Assembly: GCA_964016885.1 (NCBI GenBank)
Contig: OZ024740.1
Location: 350,920,001 to 350,984,000 of the forward strand
DNA from: Eledone cirrhosa
Lineage: Eukaryota
DNA length: 64,000 nucleotides
Reading direction: 5' to 3'
Position numbers and translations under genes: made by a program. Below, in pieces: positions 14,160-28,131 of the stretch. Numbering within the stretch: the first letter of the stretch is position 1; each line of letters begins with the position of its first letter. The notes beneath the pieces are model-generated. The model was not told where the DNA came from. It did not search any database and saw only the letters and a list, made by a program, of their open reading frames with translations.

Positions 14160-14330
14160 AGTTATTTCTTTATTAACCACAAAGAGTTCGCAAAAGCACA
14201 TTAAGGGCAACACAATACGATGCTGTGTGGTTTTTATAAATGATAAATAAGCAAAAACAAAAAAGGTAACAATACAATAAAATAAAAATCTCCAAACGGG
14301 AAATTTCCGGGGGGAGGGGCACACGTTGTA
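14160..14330 (-). mobile_element. Tx1-like 3' UTR fragment ending in (ATC)n
   Basis: Minus strand CTCTTTGTGGTTAATAAAGAAATAAC, nearly the same as the Tx1 tail at 39636-39660. Confidence 0.55.
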
Positions 14331-15329
14331 AAACCAGCGTGATACTATGTGTAACAAATCTGGCCCTTTGAATTATAGATACAAGTCAATTTCCCCCCAT
14401 CCGAGTGAGCTGGGTCAACGTAAAATGAACTGTCTTTTTCAAGTTACGATCGGGATCTGTAGACTCTAACCACTAAGCTACGCATATTTATCCTGACATA
14501 GTAATCCCAAGCTGCTTGACGACATTGTTTACTGGTGATATTTCTTCCATGGTTCTTTATACATGTTACAATATTTTGTTATTACTACCAAGTTAATATC
14601 GATCAAACTATGGAGCATCAACTCGGTTGCTTCAAGGGCTACAAACATCAATGAAGCTTTCTTCAAATTACACTTTACTGTCTTTAACAAGAGGTACAAA
14701 TCGGAGAATATAGTCCTAGATAAGCAAGAAAATGAGATGATAACAGATAGAAGGTTGTTTACCAAGGAGAACTCGATCAGGCTGTACAAACAACGACATG
14801 AATTTAAAATATTTTCCATTACAAGCATCTATGCTTGATTGCACTTTCGTCACGATGTTGTTACCACTACTGCACATGTTCACTAGAACCGTAACATTCT
14901 TTCTAGTGTCACTTGTATCTAGTGTCTAATTACTGTCACCTTAAGCCTCAGTGGTTGCTAATCTAGAAGCATACTGAAATATTCAATTGTTACTCTAGAT
15001 TCGGTGATCATCGTTAAAACTGCATGATTGTATTGTAACACTTGTGAAAACATAAGATTCATTCAATATACCTTACATTCCCTTGCAGTAGAAACTTCTA
15101 AAGGGTTGCTCTACACTAGCCTAAGAGAACGATGAACCATTTATTAGTTACTGGAGTAACTAATAAATAGTTGATCGTTCTCTTGGATGTGGCAATACTT
15201 TATTAGATTCTGAGACCATTGCATAGCACTTCAGAATATTGCATAGATTTGGAACATAGTTTTCCTCAAATATGAGAAAATGAGCTATATCGTTTAGAGA
15301 ATCGGATGCTAAAACCAAACAAAACAAAC

Positions 15330-16560
15330 AGCTTGACTCTAATCAAATAAATAACTATGTAAAAATAAAATAGAAATCAATGCAGCACCAACAGTAACAG
15401 ATGTGGAATAATTCAGGGAAGTGACATAAGCAGCAAAGTAATCACTCCATATGAGATTGTTCAAATCAACGAACGCAATCAAAACATTAGAAGCTGCAAA
15501 CGCCAACAGCTGGAAGGACACTAAAACCTGATAAATTCACAAACATCTGGTTAAAATATTCAAATTATACACCTATGATTCTAGTTGAGACGTTTAGTAA
15601 AAATAATTGTTTCTACGTTAGGCACAAAGCCAGCAATTACCCAGTGCATTACTGGTACTTTATTTTATCGACCCCATAAGGATGAAAGGCAAAGTTAACC
15701 TCGGCGGGGTAAAAATAATGAAGTAAAAACATTATAATTGTCTTGATTAAAGAGCAAACTCTGAAGACGAAGACGGACAGACCGATAACCTACATTAGTG
15801 CATCATACAACACGTTAAATGCAACAATATCTCAGAGAGTAAAAAAAAAAAAGAGGAAAAACCAATCTGCTCCCAGAAAAAAAACACAGGAGGGGTGCTG
15901 CAAAGGCTCATGTCTGTGTCAATAAATTAGTGATCAACAAAGCCATAACTGAAAACTGCAGCAGGACAAAGAAGGCTGTGAATATGTTATAAATTGACCA
16001 CCAGAAAGCTTTTCTTGTAGTTACCTTTATATGGATCTCGGAAAATTTAGCCACGAGTATAGTACCACTAATCATAAGAAGATACATTAAACGCGTCTTA
16101 ATTAAATGCTAAACAATTTTATGGATACATAATTGCCACAGCAAAGAAATATTCAAAGGTAGCTGCCCCTCTCTTCATGAAAATAATACCTTTAATCAGC
16201 ATATAAAACTACAAAGGACTCGGATACGAATGCCATAGAGTACAACCAACCATCTTTTGAGTATAAATGATTTCCCGTTACACGCAACAGATAACAAACC
16301 AGTTGAAACCCAGCAGTATTCAATAAAAGTAGATACAAGAAGAATTGATATGAAATTGGGATCTAACCACTTATTCACTGTATAATAATCTCTGCAACTG
16401 TCATATGCTGACGTATTGTCAGCCACTGTTGCGAGATGATGGACTTTTTGACAAGTAGGATGCATCCATTTCGAAAGCGATACAGTAAACGAAAGATATA
16501 AACTGGTTAGAAGCAACACGATATAGGGGATTTAGCAGGATAGGTAGAACCGTACATAAG
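15330..16560 (+). pseudogene. Ancient R4-clade RT remnant, interrupted by a SINE
   Basis: Degenerate motifs NSWKD..PDKFTNIWLK, DRPITYISASYNTLNATISQR, QEGCCKGS and NHLLSINDFPLHA correspond to R4 RT motifs NWKAPGPD, YRPITC, QKGC and NHLLYMDDLKLYA. Confidence 0.55.
15602..15709 (-). mobile_element. Family A SINE 3' half
   Basis: Reverse complement of the core and tail. Confidence 0.8.
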
Positions 16561-16717
16561 ATGACTGTAGTAGATAGTTAAGTACTTTTAAGTTCTGAGT
16601 TATATTGAAGCAGTTTCGGTTTTGCTCTCATCATTTCAGCCTCCATATAAGGAATAGTAAGTCAAGCATCGGCTCCGTATCATCATGTAGTATTTTGCCT
16701 ATGGTAGAAACCATTAA

Positions 16718-17022
16718 TAATTATAATTGTTGCTACTTTTGTCACAAGGCCAGCAATTATCCCAGTGTATTACTTGTACTTTATTGTATCGACCCCGTAA
16801 GGATGAAAGGCAAAGTTAACCTCGACGGGATTTGAACTCAGAATGGCAAGGGATGTAGCTCTATGCGTCAAAGCATGGCGTCCGACCCTCTACCGATACT
16901 GCCAATCTACCATTAATAATTATAATTGTTTCTACTGTTGGCACAAGGCCAGAAATTACTTAGTGCATTACTGGTACTTTATTTTATCGACCCCGTAAGG
17001 ATGAAAGGTAAAGTTAACCTCA
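16718..17022 (-). mobile_element. Two tandem family A SINEs
   Basis: Full copy about 16718-16912 and partial copy about 16915-17022, separated by TAATAATTATAAT. Confidence 0.85.
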
Positions 17023-17515
17023 ATAATTATAATGGTTTGTAATTACTACTGAACTGGCAGTCAATATAGTATCTGTAGCAGCTGCTTCCGAAACAGTACT
17101 GATAGTTGAGAAAACTTAATGTTATTATATCTGGTCATATAATGCCTCGTGAATTTTGCGTATTCAACTTGCATTGTCATGGTGAGATCGCAAACACAAA
17201 TAACAAATAAACAAACAGAATTGAAACCACATAATGTAAAGAAGCTGTTGTTTGACATGGCTATTGCGACCATTTTATGTTATTTAGTAGCATTTAATTT
17301 GCTACTGTAACTATGGGAACACATGTATTTCATTATTGCGTTTCTCTGATAACCTTGGGAGGAAAAATTATATGAACAGAAATAGGGTAAAATGTATAAT
17401 GTGTGTATACCACCCACTGTCTCTCTTATAGCAGCATGAATATAAATACATACTCTGTCCGCACACACGCATACACACACACGCACGCACACACAATATA
17501 TATATATGTATATAA

Positions 17516-17619
<104 letters not shown>

Positions 17620-17689
17620 ACACACACATATATATATATATATGTGTGTGTGTGCGTGTTGGGGTATATGTGGGTGTGTACTTATTTCT

Positions 17690-18000
17690 CACACGACATA
17701 CAGTGACTGTAGAAAGAAGAATATGGAATACTGCGCCAATATTTACCAGAGAGCTTACCCAAAATAGGAGCTACCTTAATTGACGAGTTCCGTCTAACGT
17801 CACTCCTCGGTGTAGATGGTAAAGTGTTTCATGACGTGTAGTCCAGGAAGCTGATGTTCCGGGATTTCCAGTCAACTTGATCATTTGGGACTCAATCCAG
17901 CATGCTAGTGAGAGATGTGTAGGCCTTCTGGTAACCTGACTTGACCTGGAAAATACATATGGATAAACGCCCCACCCCCATACACTGACACACGAAGCAT
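17690..18000 (+). mobile_element. Hero-like (RLE LINE) RT-derived fragment
   Basis: IDEFRLTSLLGVDGKVF and *LDLENTYG resemble Hero RT motifs QFRxISLLNVEGKIF and WLDLANAYG; homologous copy at 28993-29225. Confidence 0.55.
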
Positions 18001-18764
18001 TAGATCATTTTTACTGGCACTATAGATAGACGCAAGATAGTGCAAGCTATTTTATTACTTGGCCATAACTCTGGATTTGGTACTGAGAAATGCTACAATA
18101 TCCAGAAATACCTTGCATTTTCACTACCGCGTGATTTTAGGAAGACATAAAATTCTTTAAGTGCTGTTGGATGTGTTATCCCAGCATTGTCGATGGTATA
18201 GCAAGCCAAAATCTTGCTATTGCTCCATATTGTTTGGTCAAGCTAATGTAATCTAGACTCTAGAGTAAAGGCTCTTATGAAGAAATCTTCGACAAATAAC
18301 CGAAAGTGGCCTCTTCGCGGTGGCCCCAATATAGCATATTTATCCAACATTTCGACAGCATGTAGAAACTGACTAAATATATCATCAACCATACACAATT
18401 AGGTGTAAAATTAAACTTAGAAGAAATGTGTACATACCGTAATTATATCTCTACCATGGTTTCATCCGTATTTTTAGACCTTTCGCTGTGAGTGGGATGT
18501 GAGAAAGAAAGAATCCGACTCCTAGCGAACGGGAGGAAGTGAGAAGGGGAGAAACAGAGAGTGAGTGAGTGGAGGTGCGAGGAAGAGGTCAGTCGAGAGA
18601 AAGTGTTAACTGACAGAGGGGACGAAAGAAGGTAAGAGAAACAGAGAGAACGGGGGAGTAGTAAGAGAGAAAGAGAGAAACAGATAATCGCAGTTTAGGT
18701 AAAACATGGGGAGAAGAATACTGCATGGTTGCACATGTGTGTGTGTGTGTGTAATATATATATT

Positions 18765-18796
<32 letters not shown>

Positions 18797-18804
18797 TTAT
18801 GCAA

Positions 18805-19065
18805 TGTGTGTGACAAGAAGCTTGTTTCCCAACCACATATTACCGGGTTCAGTCCCACTGCCCGGGCCGACCAAAGCCTTGTGAGTGGATTTGATAGATC
18901 GAAACTAAAAAAAAAGCCCGTCGTATATATGTATATATGTCTGTGTGTGTCTTTGCGTTTGTGTTTGCCCTCCCACCAATGCTTGTTGGTTTGTTGACGT
19001 TCCCATAACATACCAAGGTGATGCTCCAGCATGGCGTAGTCCAGAGACAGAAAAAAAAGTAAAAT
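18805..19065 (+). mobile_element. tRNA-derived SINE, family B
   Basis: AAGCTTGTTTCCCAACCACAT..CCGGGTTCAGTCCCACTG..CCGACCAAAGCCTTGTGAGTGGATTTG..GCCCGTCGTATAT; related copy at 63882-64000. Confidence 0.75.
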
Positions 19066-19149
19066 ATGTCCGTATGTGTGTGTGTAGAAGGGGGCTCTCA
19101 AACTCAAGGACACAAAAGGGCTATTACGTCCTGGAGGAGAGGCACAGAG

Positions 19150-19263
19150 GGCCAAACGTGGTGGTGGGTGAAAATTTTCACCAGTTATAATGCGATATGA
19201 AATATTGGTTCTACCACGGGCCACAGATAAGTAGTTCGCGGGCCACATGTGTGAGGCCCCCTG
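19150..19263. mobile_element. hAT-type MITE terminus
   Basis: CGGGCCAC..CGCGGGCCACATGTGTGAGGCCCCCTG, reverse complement of a CAGGGG..GGCCCGCG hAT end. Confidence 0.5.
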
Positions 19264-19267
19264 TTGG

Positions 19268-19335
<68 letters not shown>

Positions 19336-19509
19336 GTGTACCAAACACACACACATTTCTTACTCGCTTTGTCCCTCCCTCTTTCTCTCTTCATTTATAT
19401 ATATATATATGTGTGTGTGGAGCGTTGTTATTTGGTGTTGTTGAAAAGAGCAGTGGCCTTTGACCTGGCAATATAAAACTGCAGACAAAATTCTTTCTGT
19501 ACGCAAACC

Positions 19510-19697
19510 AATATATATATACATAGATAGATACACAACAGACACACACAAACACACATAGACACGCACACACGCACACACACATACATAGACACACACA
19601 AACTTGTGTGTGTGTATATGTGTGTGTGTGTGTGCGTGCGTGCGTGTCTATGTGTGTTTGTGTGTGTCTGTGTATCTATCTATGTATATATATATAT
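19510..19697. repeat. Fold-back inverted repeat of compound microsatellite
   Basis: Arms about 19510-19601 and 19604-19697 are near reverse complements, including their interruptions. Confidence 0.8.
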
Positions 19698-19699
19698 AA

Positions 19700-21382
19700 G
19701 GGATACAAATACTACTTTCTCACTGTCCCCAAGCATCATTCGTTGCTAAATATTTTATTTTGCTACGAGGTATTTTATTTTGCAAGGTACTATTTTTCCC
19801 CTGAGTTTGTGATTTCAAAGAAAGGTAAGAAATTCTTCATATTTTACATCTTTTGTATTTTGACTTTACAGTTTGAATTGTAGAATTGTTTATCCCATCA
19901 AAATATTACAACCGCTAACAGTGAAATATAGAATTTAAAAAAAAAAGCTTTTTCGACTGAAATCAAGTCTTTGAGAACATTCACGTCTATTTTTCAAAAA
20001 TATATAATTTGAAATAGTTTGCTTTTGTTTTGGATTGAAACTCTTTTTGTATTTAATTCGTACGGGTATTTTTTAAAGATCATTCTCACATAACTTGATT
20101 TGGCCCATTACGTGCACTGCGGCATTCATATTTCTCAACTTATTATATCTAAGTCTGTACAACAAGCTTCACTTATCAAAAATGTTCTAGGTTGCGTGAA
20201 TAAATTGCGGAAACTATATAGTACAACAGGAAAATGTAAGCAAGCGTATTTATCACAACATGATGAAGAAAATGAAGTATCATCACCACGCTCCTTAACA
20301 CCTGTGTGCCCTACTCGATGGCTAACACGACTTTCTGTAGTCAAAGCCCTTCTTGAAAATTTTTCATATGTCCCTATTTATTTACAAGAGGCAACAAATG
20401 AGTTTGGCACCAACATTGCATCCAGAGCTAATGTTATTCTTACGTGTCACTCTCCGGGCCAATGTGTCCTTGGATTGCACGTTGTAGTTCCATTACTTCA
20501 ATTCCTTGAAGGATTGAACAAATATTTTCAAAGTACCACCTTCAATCTAGGTAGCATGTTGCATAGTGTCAAACTGGTGCAGGAGGAGCTAAAAAAATTT
20601 ACGCAGTGAAGAAAAATTTCAGAAGCTATTCAATACAGCAGAAAAAATTATTTATCAACTCGATATTTCTCCTTTGGAGCTACCCAGGCAATGAAAAGTT
20701 CCTAAAAGATACCAGGAATGGAAATGTTTGTGCTGAAGTGATCATACAGTATCCAGAGCTTGATGAATTTTCTTTAAGGAACGAAATACTTTTTTTATAG
20801 AAATCATCATAGTGGATCATCTCTCGAGGATCATCGTAAAATATTCGGTGAAATGCAACCAGAAGTCCGTCGCATGTTTCTAAATGATGTGCGATTGTTC
20901 AGGCTACTTTTAATGTTTCCAACCAGTTCTTGTGAATCTGAAAGATCTTTTAGCGCTCTGCAGAGACTCAAAACTTGGTTGCGATCGACCATGACTTAGC
21001 AAAGGTTGAATCATATTCTAATATGAGACGTTCATAAAGATGTTTTGAAAAAGATTAGTTGTGAAGAAGTTGCTAAATTATTTATTGACAGCAATGATGC
21101 GAGATATGATACATTTGGAAAGTTCTAAAAGACAATAAATTTACTTTATAAGATTTTTATTCAAACGTCTGTTTTATTTTTTGTTTATTTGATATAATAA
21201 ATACTTTTTAAGCTTATTTTTTTTTTATATCTGAACTTCATTTGAATATATAAAATTTAATTAGCGTAAAGAAATGTTTACTTATGTGATAGGGTTCAGG
21301 AAAGACACCATAAGTAATACTAAAATGCTCCAACAAATGTTGCTTTGTCCCCCTCACATTTTTAAGGCAAACGAGGCCCCTG
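19700..21382 (+). mobile_element. hAT (Tip100-like) transposon, degraded 3' half
   Basis: ORF 20100-20609 has HYVHCGIH..CPTRW; the C-terminal dimerisation motif PTSSCESERSFSALQRLKTWLRSTM is near 20920-21000; right end GAGGCCCCTG at 21373-21382. Confidence 0.85.
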
Positions 21383-24300
21383 GAAAAGAGCAACATTATT
21401 CACTGACCCGTTCATCACCGTGATCGGCTTGACCTCGATACTTCAGCTCATTCTTACTAACATTCGGTTTGCTTGACCCCATCTTATCTTCATTGCATTT
21501 CCACATCATTTATTCTATAACTAGGTTGTTGCTATTCCTATATAAACTGACTGTTTATACTACGATCAAGTCTTGTTATAGCCTTGGGTTTAAGGAAAAG
21601 CTTTTGTAGTCTTCAACAGTCATTCATTATAATTGCAGCACGATTACAAGAATATCACAGTGATGCATTAAGTTAAGGGCGATAATTTGAGTAACTCTGA
21701 CTAATAAGTAATGTCTTAACTTAGTATTATCGCGTCTTATCACTACGTGCTTAATTGATGAATTCCATTTCAAAATAGCACATTACTAGTCATTCTTGCA
21801 TTAAGTTCTCTTGAGCTCGTTGCCTGGTTGATCCTTTATTGAGTCTGCCACCTTAATTCCCTCAAGCTAAGTTATTACTATTCCTACATGAAAGACTGGT
21901 TAATCTTCATATATAACTTGTCTCGACTTGGTTAATTAATGACAGTATTTGTCTTTTTCATTGCAGTTTTGTTTATTACAAAGTGTTATTCCAGAACATT
22001 ACTTGAAACTTTATCATACTGGAACAGGACTCATTATAGTAAGTTCCTTATACATAATTTTATAGGCTTATATAGGCAAATCTTTGCGTAACTTTACCAA
22101 ACACATTCGCTAAACAGAAAATGGCCTCAGCAATGAAGAAAAAATGCAGGCAGTACAGCGTTGATTACTTACGGTTCGGATTCATCCCATCGCCGTCGAA
22201 CCACCTGTCACCCATGTGTTTAATTTGCAAGGAGTCCTTTTCGAATGAGGCGATGAAGCCATCGCGTTTGAGTAGACACCTGGAGGTGAGGCACCCCGAT
22301 AAGAGATATAAAAATTTAGCATACTTTCAGTCTCTTAGGGACCAATTCCAGAAAACAACACTAATTTCTTCTGCCTTTTCAAAAGTTGAAACTTCAAATG
22401 TTGATGGACTTGTCGCATCTTACAATATTGCCAACATAATGGCAAAGTGTGGCAAGCCCCATTCCTTGGGTGAAACATTGGTAGCCCCTGTCATCTCAGA
22501 AGTTCTTTCAACAGTACTACATCAGAACCCGTTAAAGACCTTGAAATGTATTCAATTGAGTAACGACTCAATAAAGAGACGCATCGACGAAATGGCGGAA
22601 AATGTTGAACAACAATTATGCAACATCTTGAAATCGACACAATTTGCTTTGCAACTTGATGAATCAGTCCTTACTACTGGGATACGTGCGATTTTTCCAC
22701 CAAAACGAAATGCACGAGGAGCTTCTCTTCACTCTGAATCTAGCCACAGATACTAAAGGTGCCACGATCTTTGAATCTGTCAAGGGATACCTCGAAGAAA
22801 AAGAGATACCTCTTAACAATATTGTATCATGTTCTACGGACGGCGCAAGAGCAATGATCGGCCAACATAAGGGTTTCGTCTCTCTTCTGAAGAGGGAAAA
22901 TCCATCTGTATTTGCTGTTCATTGTGTCATTCATCGACAACACTTGGCTGCGAAGAAACTCAGCGAGCCGCTGAGCAAGTCTTTGCAGGTAGCCATTGAT
23001 GTCATCAATTATATCAAACGCCATACCCCCAATGAACGAATTTTCCGGCAACTGTGCGAAGATAATGACGAAGAATTCGTAGAGTTGCTCCTTCATACTG
23101 AAGTGAGGTGGCTTCCAAAGGGAAAGTGCCTTACTCGCTTCTTTAAGCTGTTCGACTCTATCATTGAGTTTCTTCGAGGACGCAACACAGAACTATATAA
23201 AAAAACCCTCGATGTGAGGCAAGACTGTGCCTACCTCGCCGACATCTTTGACAAATGCAATAGTATCATTATGTCTTTGCAGGGGGAGAAGATCACCTTG
23301 TTTAAAGCAAGGAATGCTGTGAAAATATTCCTGGCCAAATTGAAAGTCATCGAAAGGAATCTTTGTCGACGGGAATTCTATAATTTTCCTAGTGTCGCCA
23401 ATGTTTCAAACATTGTGAGCGATGACCAACTGCAAATTTATACCGCGCACCTCCGTGCACTACAAGACAACATGAGAGAACGGTTTGTCCACCTTTTGTA
23501 GATGGACATCCCAATGTGGATAGCAGATCCCTTCATAGCCAACGTCGACGATTTCGACGTTAAATTTCAGGAAGAATTAATTGAACTTCAGACAGATGAC
23601 ATTATCAAAATGAAATTTTCCAAAATAGGTGAACCCCTTTTTTGGATGCAAGAGGAAATTCAGCCTCGATTTCCAACTCCTACATGCAGAGGCTAAGAAA
23701 TTTGCTTTGCCTTTTCCTAGCACATACTTAGTCGAGAGGGGGTTTGGCGTTGTTTCCAGACTGCATAGTAAGGCTCGCAACCGCTACAATGTGATTGCAC
23801 GTGGAGATCTCCGGCTACAGCTAACGAAAATCCAGCCTGACGTCAAAGAGTTAGCTAGACTCCATGAAGCTCAAGGGTCCCATTGATACGAGGTCAAAGT
23901 AAGTCGATTTTTTATTTGTAGTTGCAGTCTGACTGGACTGGAAACCATCTACCACAATTCACTTACTCATTTGTTGTATATATTTTACCGTTTACTAATG
24001 AATATACCCTCTTACGAGGTCATGAAAACCCTCTTGCGTGGTCTCTAAGCTCACAAAGCGGAGGGGACATCAAGTTAGATATCAACATTTATTCTGTCCG
24101 TTTCATTAAAGGGAAAATTGGAAAGCTTTGAAATAATACAATTGCCACTTTCTTCCATATAAGAGCACTCTTTGGATAGACAGAGTTGCTCTTGTATAAA
24201 TGTTCAAAATAGCTGGTAATGCCTGGTGGGAATATAACAAATTCAACTGGTCCTAATTCATAAAAAATAACATTTATGTTCCTTTTTTTGAAATTTATAT

Positions 24301-24496
24301 ACTTCCTTTCAAGGAATGTATTTATACTTTCAACTGACTGCAATGGTATCTTTGGAATATCGTTAATTATTTTTTTAGTAATCTACTGATATCAAAATCA
24401 GTAGTATATTGAAAAATGGAAAAAAAGGGTAGGGGGCGTTTCGTGATTTCGAAGGGGAAAAGGGGGAGTTTGGCCGAAATGGGTTGAGAACCTTTG
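21383..24496 (+). mobile_element. hAT Buster/Charlie transposon (left terminus not seen)
   Basis: Right TIR GGGTTGAGAACCTTTG ends at 24496, followed by the Buster-type target CTCTAGAG; contains a transposase pseudogene. Confidence 0.88.
22121..23886 (+). pseudogene. Buster/Charlie transposase (ZBED5/SCAND3-like), two frameshifts and one stop
   Basis: BED finger CLIC..HLEVRHP, LDES, STDGA, HCVIHRQHL, EVRWL and STYLVERGF, split over ORFs 22121-22756, 22644-23501, 23502-23696 and 23629-23886. Confidence 0.92.
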
Positions 24497-24916
24497 CTCT
24501 AGAGAATACCCTGAAATGATATCAGTAGTGTTATTGAGATCGTAGACTACAGCTGTTTGGCAAGGAAGGTGTGGCGGTACCAATAGGGTCGCTTGTCGAG
24601 GCTCTTATGGACATTCCAAATGCATGACATACAATTAAAAAGAGTAGAAAGAATGACAAATTGTGTAAATCCTATGAGCCTAAATTCACCAGAGGAAACA
24701 GAAGGATACCCCTTTCTGCTAGAAATAGCAGTAAATGACTACCAGAAAATATGTATCTTAAATGAAGAAAAGACACATTGAATGCTTCAATGACCCATAA
24801 GAGTTAAAACAGCTAAGCACACAAACCCAGAATAAAATTATTGCGTGGAGAGAAAGATGCAGTGGGAGGGATAGAAAGTTAATATATTTTCTGAGTAGAG
24901 ACTGATAATATGGTTG

Positions 24917-25260
24917 AGCGGTCGCCAACCTTTCGGACCTCACGGACCACTAAATTGATTATTTTAAATCCCGCGGGCCACTAATATAAATTTTAAAAAA
25001 ATGATAAATACATTTGTAAAATAATGATTTCTACTATAGGTGCAAGGCCAGCGATTATCCCTGTGTATTACTGGTACTTTATTTTATCGACTCCGTAAAG
25101 ATGAAAGGCAAAGTTAACCTCGGCGGTATTTCAACTCAGACCATAATAGGTTTTAAAATACTGAGGCATCAGAAGAACCCAGTCAACGTCCTTGCCCAAA
25201 CCCGAAACCGCAAATGACTTTGCTACAAGCAGTTTCATTTAAGCTGACGTGACACTTATG
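24917..25260. mobile_element. hAT-Charlie MITE fragment with nested family A SINE (about 25020-25142, minus)
   Basis: GAGCGGTCGCCAACCTTTCGGACCTCACGGACCAC resembles Charlie-type ends; SINE core inside. Confidence 0.5.
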
Positions 25261-25758
25261 ATAACAAGGTAGATTACAGGTGTCACATTAAATAATATTA
25301 AGAGGTGAGAAAACAGCAACGACAAAAAATGCTTTAACAACAACAACAACAACCATATAATACATAATGTGTGATGTAGTGTATAATCTCTAGGAAATAT
25401 GATCTAAGAGAAGAAACGCAGGAAAATATCTCCAGTTAAAATGCGCTGCATGTGGTCTTAGTTGAAAGAAACAATGTCAACTCGCAAACGTGTTTTGGCT
25501 ACAGAAGATGAGAGCCGGAGTGTTCTGATAGAGAAACATGAGAGAAGAATGGATATTGATTACGACTGTACACAAGATCAGGTTTTCTAAGTTATAAATA
25601 ATAAGATGAAAAGATACTAATAGATTAGAATTCAATGCTATGACCTTTAATTCATTGCTGTATACAATCATGACCACACATACAACCCCTCCCACGCTCA
25701 CATATGGATGTATGTCCCTTAGTCTCACTCTCTATCCTCCCCTCTCTTTCTCTCGATA

Positions 25759-25849
<91 letters not shown>

Positions 25850-26092
25850 AGGTATTCTTGTACACGCCGCACACACACACAAACACACGGATCGTGATGA
25901 TATATATATAGATATATATGTGTTCATTGTAGAATATATATAAATGTGCGCGTGTATGTGTGTAAGTATATTATATTATGTACGACTACCTCAAATAAAG
26001 CGAATTCAATATATTTGCAGAGTAACAGTATGTGTTGGATCAAGGAATAAATGTAATTTGCATTCTTCTATACAGTTTGTATATATATATGA

Positions 26093-26177
<85 letters not shown>

Positions 26178-26487
26178 GTTTTTGTATTTGTTTTAAAGCT
26201 GTGAAATTGTCTGCTGAAACAGATACTGTTATACTTTGGAAGGGCCATGTTGCCTATAAAAATACACGCACAAGTGATAATTTATTTGTAAGATAACTAA
26301 TCCATACTTCTAGTGGTTTAGCAACCGGATGGTTATTTAATAGCCAAACTTCTTTCTCATTTACTATTTTGGCGCCTTGTGTGTTTCCTCCTCGTTTTGT
26401 ATTAACATGAATAAAATCAAAACCAAGAGGAGACACAGATAACCAAAATAGTCACTGAGAAAGTCACAGTGTGTATGACGAAAGATC

Positions 26488-26708
26488 AACAATTCTTTCT
26501 AACACTGGAGCAGGGCCAGAAATTTGGGCAAAGAGGAAAGTCGAATTTATCGACTCAGTATTTAACTGATATTTTAATTTATCGACCGCGAAAGGTTAAA
26601 AGGCTAAGTTGACCTCAGCAATATTTGAACTCGGAACGTAAATAGTCGTATGTAAATACCTCAATGCATTTTATCCGACCATCTAACGATTCTGCAAATC
26701 ATCTACCT
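26488..26708 (-). mobile_element. Diverged family A SINE
   Basis: TTTATCGACCGCGAAAGGTTAAAAGGCTAAGTTGACCTC..TTTGAACTC core. Confidence 0.75.
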
Positions 26709-26791
26709 TGGTTACCCAACTGTCAATATGAAACAAAGTGAAATCCATCTTACTCATGTCAATTTATTGCCAGCATTATACACACAAATAT

Positions 26792-26889
<98 letters not shown>

Positions 26890-27104
26890 GGAAATCAGTA
26901 AAATCTAATCTCTGGCGGTTTGCAAGTAAATTCGGCCTACTTATATGAAGTTAGCAAAGCACTCGATAAGGTAGGGCCTTAGAGTAATAACATACGTTTA
27001 AATAGCTTGACAAATCGAACATTGTGGTAGGCCAAACTAACACACAATACATACCAAAGTAACGATAGAACTAATATATATATATATATATGCATGTATG
27101 TATG

Positions 27105-27196
27105 TATCTCTTTCTCTTAATTTCGAGTATATTTCTTTGACCGGCCACCTTCCTGGTGGCAAGGTTGTAAAAGAAAAGAAATTGTCATCCCTTGAA
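27105..27196 (-). mobile_element. R4-clade LINE extreme 3' end (about 90 bp) between (TATG)n tracts
   Basis: Matches the 3' ends at 7462-7550 and 32298-32390. Confidence 0.85.
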
Positions 27197-27276
27197 TGTA
27201 TGTATGTATGTATGTATGTATGTATGTATGTATGTATGTATGTATGTATGTATGTATGTATGTATGTATGTATGTA

Positions 27277-27630
27277 TAATATAACACCTGCAAGCCTGAT
27301 GGTATCCAATGATGTTGACTTGTTCTTCTTTTTGGTAAATATCATCTTGGTTAAGAGAGTGGGACTGGCTTTGTGCAGTGCCTTTGCTCACTATAAAAGC
27401 TTCACGGCACAGGCATTGCGTTATATCTGGAGATCTCTCTGCACTTGTCATCACATGGTACGATGGGCCCAGCACTATGTGTCAATAATTGTCACAAGTG
27501 TAGTGTTTGTACCAGAGTTTTCAAGTCGCTGGCTGGACTAAAATGTCACACTCGTTCAGCGCATCGGTAGGGGTTCTCCTACATGGATATAAAGTAGTGG
27601 CCGTACTCGAAAACGAGTTGGCAGCCACCA
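27277..27630 (+). mobile_element. Non-autonomous RTE-derived element, 5'-truncated
   Basis: Contains C2H2 remnant [22 protein letters not shown] and RTE-type tail GTGGCCGTACTCGAAAACGAGTTGGCAGCCACCA-(TGTA)n; copies at 30211 and 30696. Confidence 0.75.
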
Positions 27631-27683
27631 TGTATGTATGTATGTATGTATGTATGTATATATGTATATATATACATATACAT

Positions 27684-27747
<64 letters not shown>

Positions 27748-27771
27748 TTATATATATATATATATATATAT

Positions 27772-28131
27772 ATAAAGAATAAAGAATGAAATCGAAAATG
27801 CAACTGGAGACTTCGCGAAATTTATTATACTTATTGACCAACCAATCAAATTACTTTTCTAAAAACCTGGCGTTTCGAGCCACTTTTTTTCCATATAAAA
27901 CAAGTAACATTCAAAGCCCAACCAGATGTGAGAAAAACCACAAACCCTCCATCTCAACTCTACTTTTGAAAAGCAGAAGAACTGCGAAACCGGTAAAGGA
28001 ACCAAATAAATATATATATATTTTTTTAAATAAGACTCCAGTTGCATTTTCGATTTCATCTTTATTTCTTTATACTTTCATTCGTGTAGGACACCTCGGT
28101 TATTTTTCATTTTGTAAAAAAACCTCACTTT

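Noticed and set aside
22121-23886. Domesticated ZBED5/SCAND3-type host gene
   Set aside because: Frameshifts, a premature stop and a retained TIR indicate a decaying transposon.
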